From NCBI GenBank assembly GCA_951406725.2, contig OX597832.1, positions 34,100,001 to 34,164,000 on the forward strand: 64,000 nucleotides of DNA. Direction: 5' to 3'. Position numbers and translations under genes: made by a program. Source of the stretch: Octopus vulgaris (Eukaryota). Shown piece after piece: positions 54,408 to 64,000 of the stretch. Position 1 is the first letter of the stretch, and every line of letters begins with the position of its first letter. The notes under the pieces are model-generated. The model was not told where the DNA came from. It did no database searches and was given only the letters and a program-made list of their open reading frames with translations.

Positions 54408-55324
54408 TACAAAATGGTTCAAGAACGCAAAACATCCAGATAGAAGATCAAAGAAAAAAAACAGACGGGTCATTCGAAGCTTTTAATCTTCAGTCAAGAA
54501 CCGGTGTGTGTGTGTGCATGTATATATGTATTAATATATATTGTATATAAGAATATGTATGCATGTATATATCAATATATATCTGCGTATTCTTATACAG
54601 TAATACATCGGTTTCCGAACAACTCTAATCACGAATAAATCGTGCTTTATTTCCTGGCTCTCAAACTGTACTGCTTTAGTCGCGCCCTCCTCTGCTCTAG
54701 TTTTGGCAGGATGTTTGCTTTTTCTGAGCCCGACTAAATCCCATCAATATGGAGACACAATCTGGCTATTTTGTATATAATCCATTAGTTACCATAGTTA
54801 AGTCCTATAAATACTATTTCCTTGAACATACTTACGGCCATCCTTACTTAACAACTTGTACTTTTTCATATGTATTTGACTATCACTTCAGAAGCACAAA
54901 TTACAAATGAGATTATGGGCTCACCGTCATATTAGTACCATCTCTTGCACGTGCTTATGGCCATCCTTACAGGTAGCATAACAAGGACTTAATATATGTT
55001 TTATGTGATTGCAGTTGCAACAATTACAAATGAAATTCTAGACTCACATCTCCCAACCGCCGTACAATATACAATCCAGGGTTTCTAGCATCAACAGAGA
55101 CTCGTATTAAATGCTTTGGAATGTGCCTCTGCCTGTCTTTATACGTAGTCTATCGACGTATTTATACAATTTTTTGCATCTCATTTCTTGCTGTTCAACC
55201 AATTCTAAATATACCTGACCAACTCAGACATTAACTAACACCATGTTTATTATTCAACATCGAAGCCGATCAAATTCCTTACCTTTTATGCTTAATTCAC
55301 CACAACATTACACTCATTCAGCAT

Positions 55325-55865
55325 AGTATTGTCGGCCATTGTTATTATTATTATTATTAGTAGTAGTAGTAGTAGTAGTAGTAGTGCTGCTGTTCCCGCT
55401 GCTGCTACTACTACTACTAATACTACTACTAAAAAAATAATAATAATACTATTGTTATTTAAATCAGAAACCACCACCACCATCATCATCATTATTGCTG
55501 TCATTTTTCTTGTCATTGTTTAGATTACTGTAGCTGCTTTTGGTGGTGGTGGTCACGGTGGTGATGTTTTCTTCTTTCTCTTCTTTTTCCCCCTTTTCTT
55601 TTTCTTCTTATTTAAGCGGCTAAACTACCGTTCATATTGCTATTGTTAATGTTATTATCGTTAACAATATTATTGTCATTGGTAGTAGTAGTAGGAGGAG
55701 GAAAAGTCGTCGTGGTGGCGGCGTTGGGGGGAGATTGTAATGGTGCTGGCGCTAGTAGTTGAAGCATTGGTGTTTACAGTGGGAGGGGAGGGCATGGTTG
55801 AGGTGGTGATTGTGTTTGTGGTAACAATAGTAGTGATGGTGATGATGGTGTTGGTATTTGTTGGA
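55325..55865. repeat. Compound trinucleotide low-complexity tract
   Basis: (TTA)(TAG)(CTG)(CTA)(CAC)(GGT) runs. Confidence 0.8.
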
Positions 55866-56578
55866 CATCATTTAACGTTCGCAGACATCCAGACGATTCT
55901 TCGCTGTCTTAATGTTCATCTCATCAGATGAGATAAATCTACATAAGACCGACGTTCGCCATTGTAGTTTTGGAAACTCATCAAGCAGAAAATACAGTCT
56001 TAAAACTGAGATTAGCATTGTAACTAATTTAATCAGGCTATTACATTGCCGAACGAAGAGGCTTTCTTTCCTCGATACATATAGTCATTGTGTGTGTGTG
56101 TGTGGGTGTGGGTCTGTGATTATATCTGCATACAAACGTGAATGAAAGTATGGATGGCCGGATGAGTGGATGGATGGATGGATAAATGGTTGGATGGATG
56201 GATATTTGAATGGATGGGTGGTTGTTGTATATGATGTATATACATACATATATATATCTATATATTCGTGTGTATATATGTGACCGTGAATGTATGTGTA
56301 CACAATATATACACGAATATATATATATATCTGTATGCGTATGTGTAGGTGTGGGTGTATATACACATTTATATATGTGTGTATATATGTGCAAGATTGC
56401 AAAAGGAATGGAAGTTAACCTGGTATCATGATTTCAAATTTTGCGGCAGAGAGCACTTGCTTTTCTTCAGCCAGGTCTACTCATAACAATACTGCTAATT
56501 CACTTCCCAAAGTCTGTGTTCGTTTGGGGGCCCCAGCCGCATTGAAAGAACGAACTAAGTGAATTATTTATAAATATA

Positions 56579-58118
56579 CTTGCAGAGATACCCGGCGTTG
56601 CTCGGGATTAAAATGGCATACTTTGTATATATATTACAGTTACGTTGAAACAGGGAAAAATTCAACATTGACGACAAACTATTTGTGGAGTAATGATGGG
56701 CTAATTAAACTAAGTGGCATACCATGCGTCCGTTTGGAGTGTTCCAGGTCCTAACCTGTCGTGGGAAATTGGGGGTAGGGGTTATGTGCCTTTTGAACGC
56801 AATCAAAAGCTGTCAGAGGATATACTCTCCTTTGCGGCAGTCGGCACTGTCTAACACGGCTCATCGTCTGAGGTTTTGACACCTCCTTCGGGTTTGTTGT
56901 CCTAAATCACTCATAGCATAAATCTGGATGAACTGTGGTTGTTCATTTGTGGGTTACAGGGAACCAATGAGGTGACAGACTTGCCCTTGAACTTTGAATG
57001 TCGGCGTAAATCCATGTTCAACTATCTCCTTAGATGCACCAAACGATGTCATTTGAAATGCTGAGTTGTATTGTCTGATATTGTTCAGAAAATGCCTCCC
57101 AGAAGATCCATAAGAGGGTGGGAAGGAGCTGGTAGTGCTGGCAATCTTTGGTTACCGCCTGCGCAGGACATGACATTTGTTTCATTTTATAATTTTAAAG
57201 TTTTGCAGAAACGACAATTTCAGTTTAGCACAGCAATTTGGACAAAATTACCATTTTTATAAGAATAGGATGGATCATATCTGAAAGCAGCTCCAGGAGT
57301 TGTGAAGAAAGAATTTGTACGTAGTCTGTTTCTGAGAGCTTCTCTATTGAACTTCAACTTTAATGATGCATCATGCTTTTGCTAATCTTGAGAAAGTTTC
57401 ATCTCGCTTCTGTATTGAGACTCCATCTGATGTGCTACTGCATGCATTTGATGATCTTGAGAAAGTCTCATCTCTTTTTTCTCTTGAGTCTCCATCTGAG
57501 GCGCTGCAGCATACCTTTGCTGATCCTGAGGAAGTCTCATCCCTCATCTGTCTTGTGACTCCGTTTGACGTGATGCAGCATTGATTTGCTGATCTTGGGA
57601 AAGTCTCATCTCCCTTATGTATTAAGACTGCATCTTATGTACTGCAGCTTCCACGAATTGAATATTAATTTAAGGGTAAATATGTAATTGTAAATACGTT
57701 GCAAACTTGCAGCTTCTGCGATAATTATTAACTGACACACCCTTCCGCTGTGGTGGCCGTAGGACGGAAATTTGCCGATGCGTACTGCTGTTCACATTAA
57801 AATGTGAATTGTTCATTTATTTCAAATATATTAGATTTAAGATAATCTTAATGTTATCACAATAGAATTAAAAGTGAAAGAATGAAAGTGAAACAATATT
57901 ATACCACATTACAATATAGATGTTAGTCTTTCACTTTTGACACGTAATACCGAACCAGTACTAATATTATATTGTTTTAATCCAAATGCAAAACAACTTA
58001 CATGTTGACACTCACGGGGTCTGATACTATTACGTTGTAAAATTTGATTTGATTTGGTTGAGCCCTTTGAAAATGCATAGAGAACAGACAGACAGACAAG
58101 AGTTTTATATAAAGAAGA
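56579..58118 (-). mobile_element. Non-autonomous Helitron (deletion derivative keeping the RepHel N-terminal region)
   Basis: 5' TC..TATATAA..(TGTC)n start. 3' hairpin CCCGagcaacgcCGGG followed by CAAG|T (variant of CTAG). Internal peptides CRFCKTLKL*NETNVMSCAGG..LP and FLNNIRQYNSAFQMTSFGA..GFTPTFKVQGQVCHLIGSL*P..PQFIQIY. Confidence 0.88.
57345..57650. repeat. About four 72-bp tandem repeats inside the Helitron
   Basis: Recurring gatcttgagaaagtctcatctc...ttgagactccatctga at 72-bp spacing (57383, 57453, 57523, 57591 approximately). Confidence 0.85.
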
Positions 58119-58354
58119 GTATTATTCATAAGAATCAATATTATTATTCATAAGAAATAATATTGTTAGTGACCACAAGCATAAAAACCGTATAGGCGAA
58201 ATAATAAATATATATAAAACTAAATATAATTTGGATACTAAGAAGCACCAGCTTTGCTAAAAATAGGAGTCTTAAAAGCTACGAAGTATATATTATTTAA
58301 TAAACACAATATTTGTTTCTCGGTGCTATTATTAATTTTAGGTGTTGAGAGTAT

Positions 58355-58800
58355 GCCAGACAGTATTTTTTAACACGTTTGGTGGCTTAGTGCAATCATC
58401 AGGTACTGCCCACATAGCATAACAAACTAAAGATGGGACAACAGGGTGGGAGACAATAGGGTATGAGAAAAGGGAGAAAGTAGATATAATTGGTGGAATG
58501 TCGAAAAATAGGGGAAATTATAGTTTTTACCGCTTAAATTGTAAAATACAAGGCTGAAACAATAATGGCTTAGAGTCTGTGGTACTGTTCTTCAACCCAG
58601 AGAGTGTGGCACTTTCTAGTTCGTAAATAGGAACTTAGTCGTGTGCTTACAACCGCTGAAAATGTATGATCCACAATTCAGCAGTGTGTTAGATTTCTTA
58701 CATTTGAAAAATAGGTGAGTTCTTTCAGATACATGTAGCCTACGTTATTTGATTCGTTAACATATGGTGTAGATTTTTCGATTATTTTCTGCTTTTATCA
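58355..58800 (-). mobile_element. Penelope-like 3' end: GIY-YIG C-terminus plus downstream hammerhead-like motif
   Basis: KIIEKSTPYVN...LLNCGSYIFSGCKHTTKFLFTN*. Downstream ggcagtac-CTGATGA...cAAAC-gtgt-TA...atactgtc at 58359-58410. Confidence 0.65.
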
Positions 58801-59398
58801 TATATGGTGGGACGTTTAAATCACGTACGAGGCTAGCGAACTTAGAAGCTTTACTTTCGCTGTCGCCTAGTTCTATACATACATGCATGTATCCATGTAT
58901 ATTTTTGAGAGTGAGAGAGAAAGAACTGCAGAAAAAGTTAATTCGAAGAATATTTGCCTACTTTCAAACGCGCGTGGGAGGGTATACGTGCGCTGATGTG
59001 TATTTGTGTGTGTGTCTGTGAGTGTGCGTGCGTGGACGTGTGCATATGTGTATGTTTGCACAAAGTACTGGCTATTGGGTGATTGGGTGTCTGTAACATA
59101 CGTATGCTTTAGTATATTTTCCAAGATACCCAGCATAAATACATAGTTAAATATATACACAGATATATATACACATATATGCATATATGCGTGGAGAAAG
59201 GCTGTATGTGTGTGCGTGCGAATCGACTTGGCGGAAGGTAATAGAAAGATCGTCGTGTGTGTGTCAGTGTCTGTGTATCTAAGCTTAAATAAAGGGCTAA
59301 GGTCGATTCGTTCGACTAAAAGTTCTGTAGAGCGGTACCCCACATGGCGTAGTCAAACCATCGATGCAAGTAATGGATAAAAGACGATATACATACGT

Positions 59399-59443
<45 letters not shown>

Positions 59444-59907
59444 GTATATACATACAAAAACATTTTATACATTTATATATATACATACATAAATACATAT
59501 ATATATATATGTGCAAGTACATCTATATATCTATGCTATAGTCATCGACTTAATAAATTCTTCTAACCAGTTTCTTGAACGGAGAATATGGTTTACAAAT
59601 TGCCAAGTTATTGGCACAGAAACTATTTTTGGTATCCTGTATATTGCAACTTGGTTCAAATATTGATTTATTTTTCTTGAAAATCTTCTCTCTGCCATAG
59701 GCTGATATATCTTCAATGAAATAGGAGACCGTACAGTTAGGTGCCTGGGTATACATATACATACGTATGTTTATTTATATATATATATATATAGTGTGTG
59801 TGTATGTATATATGTTTGAATATGTATATATGTATATATATATGAATATCTAAAACTATTTAACGTATATATATATTATGTATATATATATATTTATTAG
59901 ATATGTG

Positions 59908-59939
<32 letters not shown>

Positions 59940-60304
59940 CACACACGCACACACACAGAACAATGCGGGTTCAGAAATCAGACATACAGTGATGCTGCTT
60001 ACACAGGACTGCCATAGATTCGCTGTGTGCGAGCATGGATAAGTCTATGAATTTGTATACAAATTGGCACACAAATAAATGCGATGCACCCGCAAATACA
60101 CATACACACAGACACATACGCACGCGCACAACCACACATACATACAAACGTGGATGAGGATTAAGCAATTGTAAACATACACATCCCAAGGATATACACA
60201 GGATTATATGCTACATGCGAATTATTAATTTGATGATGGCATCTTCATATTTCTGCATATTCACTTATCTATACATAATTGCGTACGTGTGTATATACTG
60301 ATAT

Positions 60305-60363
<59 letters not shown>

Positions 60364-60394
60364 AGAGCCAGCACTTAAACCTGAGACAGGGTGG

Positions 60395-60550
60395 CAAAAA
60401 TGTGTAATCGAATACCGGAGGTTGAGTAATATGTTTTATTATTGAAGCTGCAAAAACGTTACAAAAACATCACAAAGAAATTCTATTCTAGTTTCACGTT
60501 CCAGTCCGTCGGACAGTTTGATTCTCAATGAAAACTGTACGACGATCGCA
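60395..60550. repeat. Short dispersed repeat with internal inverted repeat, related to about 105-300
   Basis: cgtcggacagttt / aaactgtacgacg inverted pair. The upstream part resembles 120-200. Confidence 0.45.
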
Positions 60551-60553
60551 TAC

Positions 60554-60604
<51 letters not shown>

Positions 60605-60771
60605 CATGCATGCATGCGCGCGCGCGCGTATTCCTGCTTCCGCTTGCTCTCTAGTTACGCACACATACCCATGCAGTTCATCAGCCACCATATGCAATGA
60701 TACAGTAGGAAAACTCCTTTTAATGTATATACATCTGCAAATTCGTGAGAATAATCTTACTTCTGCATGTG

Positions 60772-60818
<47 letters not shown>

Positions 60819-61059
60819 CAAAATAGGCAACAAGGATATCCAGAGGTAATGCAGTACGATTGTTTCAAGCAACTCTATTTAGTTGAACAATGTTATCATT
60901 ACATCAATTTAAATGCAAAGTAATTCTCAGCTGCATTAAGACAGAATTTAATTAAATTAAAACAGGCCACATTAGTATAATTTTACCTAAAATCTCCAAG
61001 AAGGTAAGGAGATAGACAGATAACTTGCTTAGAAGCTACTAAGGTATCAGGAAGTTTTA

Positions 61060-61920
61060 AATACGTGAATTAGTATAAATTTTCTAGAAATCTTCTCTAT
61101 TGATATTACTAAGTTGTATATATACTTCATCATAGTTTTTAGTGATTAAGCTATTTTTATCCTTTTCTGTGGTGTTCTACCCTACCTGAACTTTTTAATA
61201 CTTTATAATTGCCTTTAGAAAAACCTAAATTTTTGTACCCCTATAAATTCATACTTAGCTTATATATTAAACAATGTGGGTATCTTCACAACTTAAAAAT
61301 TAAATTGCTTAGATTATAATTAAATTAATATACAGTTAATTTGTTCTTTCAATGCTAAATCTTCTTGATAACCCTAAATTTTTTACTTCATACAATATGG
61401 CTATATTGTTTAAAATAGTTTTAGTAATTACTTTATTTATCCCTTTCTTAAAGTGTTCCACCCTCCTGATCTTAGTATATATATTGGCCTTTATACAAGT
61501 AGCCCTTCCAATTAAGTACCCCTAAGAAACTGTAATATCTTGTACGGATTAACACTAATAACTTATAAAACCTATATTATACCTCTTAATTTAAAATTAG
61601 TATATAATTAAGCATGTCCTTTTAACATCATACCGGGTACCAGTCTTGATAGTATTAAGCTAAATAAGTAAATAAACAACTATTACTTCATAATACTTAA
61701 ATTGTTATACTTTTTCTATAAATCTTCTCTATTGATGTTAATAAGGTATTTATACTTTATTATAGTTTTACTGATTAGGCTATCTTTATTCCTTTTCTAT
61801 GGTGCTCTACCTTACCTGATCATTTTATTATTTTATAATAACCTTTAATAAATCTAATTTTGTGCCCCTATAAATTCATACTTAGCTTATATATGACAAT
61901 ACCGGTATCTCCACAACTTA
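61060..61920 (-). repeat. Three diverged tandem units (about 310 bp) forming the leader downstream of the LTR
   Basis: 61060-61295 aligns with 61692-61920. A more diverged middle copy lies at about 61355-61645. Confidence 0.8.
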
Positions 61921-61921
61921 T

Positions 61922-62399
61922 TGAGATAGGACCTTTGCGAGGGTTGCTGGCTGCTGTGTTCGTAGAGAGATGTTGTTGATGATGTTAAGAAGATGGAGGC
62001 GACGAAAAAAGAGACTGCCGTATGCTGTTGGACGATTGTTGCTGCGCCTCCATGTTGCTGCTGTTGTGCCGTCGCTGGAACTGACTGTGCTCTGTGGTCT
62101 GGCTAGACCTCAAAAGGCCTGGAAACGAAAGACATCGAGATGCTGTGAAGCTAGCGTTTTATACTGTGCTATCAGCTCACCGGAAGTTTGGAAGAGACTA
62201 TCTTACGTGACCTTATCAGAAGGCTGCGATTGGATGGGTTGGATATTGGCACGCAATAGAGCAAGGGACAAATTGCGCCAATCAGAGTAGTGGACACAAC
62301 AGGGTCCAAAAGGGCAGCCGAAGGCAAGCTGGTATCTTCTACGTCCGTGTTTATGTATATATAACAGAGAGGGAGGAATTTCCCTCAGCCTATGCTACA
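61922..62399 (-). mobile_element. Putative 5' LTR (478 bp) of an LTR retrotransposon with tRNA-Ala-like PBS
   Basis: Minus strand starts TGTAGCATAGG and ends CCTATCTCA (imperfect terminal inverted repeat). CCAAT boxes at 62228-62283 and TATAAAA at 62163-62157. PBS-like TTGTGGAGATACCGGT at 61916-61901. No AATAAA or partner LTR seen. Confidence 0.6.
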
Positions 62400-62607
62400 T
62401 GTCCAACGCGATCAATATTACCGTTAATCCTTTCGGCATATTTTATTCTGGTATCGGTCTAAATAGAAATGTCTTCTACTTTGTTATTATACTGAGCACT
62501 CTGATAAAATGATTTATACAAAAATATATTTACGAGATATTTCCAAAGAATTTTATGGATGTATACACATGCGCGATCACACACACACATATACTTTCAT
62601 ACACATG

Positions 62608-62653
<46 letters not shown>

Positions 62654-63564
62654 TAGACTCTGAAAGACAAAAACATACATACAGAGAAGAATAGATTTAA
62701 AAAAACTGATAGATATATGGAGGGATATATAGATTATCACAGAGATGGAAATACAAAGATAATCATAGATACTGGGTGAGAGACATATATGTATACACAG
62801 ACCGACACATATATAGATAGATAAATTGATAGAAAGATATTGATAGATAGGCAGACTGATAGAAAAAGAGAAAATATATATATGTATGATACAAACACAC
62901 ACACACGCTCTTTCTGTCTCTCTCACTCCCTCTCTCTGACTCTCTCTCTCCCTCTCTCTTCATATATATATATATATGTATATACACACACACGCGCGCG
63001 CGCACACACACACACACACACGCATGTATGTATGTAGAGAGAGACAGAGAGAAGAAGATGGAGAAGAGAAATCTTTATAACACAAAACACACAGTAAAAA
63101 AACATAACAAAAACCCTTTAATAAATATGAGAGAAACAAAGGAACACGAAACGGAAGGTTTATTTTAAAACAGCAGCATGTATTCGTTCAATTATTAATC
63201 TGCCATAAATAACTGCTGTGCTATCAAGCCGGAGTGTTATAAACTGGATTTGCAATACGTAAACAACCCAAAATGGATCCTGTTGCAGAAAATATGCGCC
63301 ATGTTGCCCATGAATTTGTTTGGCGGAAACGAAGGATGTATAACTGTATGTGTGTGTACTTTTCTTATTTGTATGTATTCGTGTAACAACGTGTAAGTGT
63401 ACGCGTGGTGGTGGGGGGAGACTGTATGTGTGTGTGAGATGTGTGATGTCTGTGTGTGTTTATGCATGTATGTTAATGTACGTGCCTTCTTGGTTGCATA
63501 CTTAACTTGCTTTCATCTTCCGATCAGGTTATGTGTGTTTGTTTATTGATGTCTTTTAATGTGG

Positions 63565-63597
<33 letters not shown>

Positions 63598-64000
63598 TAT
63601 ATATATACACTAATACATGCATATATATGCACACAAACACAATCATATATATACACACACACATACATTTATATAATATATATTTACATATATATGTGTG
63701 TGTGTGTGTGTGTGTTAATTTGTCCGTGTTTGTAGTTGTACGCTTACCGATCTGTCTATATACATATCTATCTTTAGATTATTTCTTGCTTATAGTCTAT
63801 TCCACTACGTGTACCTATAAAACGCATTACATTAGCACATACACACACACACACACACAGAATTCAAGCGTGCGAAGCAGGGTGGGTCAAAATAATGCTG
63901 TCTACGTACATTTTTAGCATATCTCAGCATAGTAGAACGTGAAAAGCATTCACTGTGACTATTTTTCTTTTTTTTTTTTTTTGCCCTAGGAGAATGAATT

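Noticed and set aside
57345-57650. Regularly spaced repeats superficially like a CRISPR array
   Set aside because: Contiguous 72-bp tandem units without unique spacers, inside a Helitron ORF remnant, in eukaryotic DNA with no cas genes.
61970-62290. 106-aa plus-strand ORF
   Set aside because: Lies antisense within the putative LTR and has no recognisable domain.

Overview
This is AT-rich eukaryotic DNA saturated with microsatellites ((AT)n, (AC)n, (GATA)n, (TGTA)n, (TAA)n). The repeat landscape is typical of a coleoid cephalopod, most likely Octopus (inference). I find no intact protein-coding gene; almost all listed ORFs are translations of simple repeats. The window reads as intron or intergenic sequence packed with decayed mobile elements: CR1-type, RTE/RTE-X and R4/Dong-like (RLE) LINEs, Penelope remnants with hammerhead-ribozyme-like motifs, several tRNA-derived SINE families, Tc1/mariner fragments, a Helitron deletion derivative and one LTR with a tRNA-Ala-like primer-binding site (PBS). 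The only host-gene signal is a candidate minus-strand 5'UTR exon (36507-36851) ending in AAAATG|GTAAGT, plus a few motif-dense unique islands that may be enhancers. I see no convincing new biological system. The best leads are a SINE/LINE shared 3' stem-loop, dispersed hammerhead motifs, an LTR leader with a repeated PBS, an inverted LINE duplication with shared lesions and a perfect 28-bp hairpin. All alignments were done by eye.
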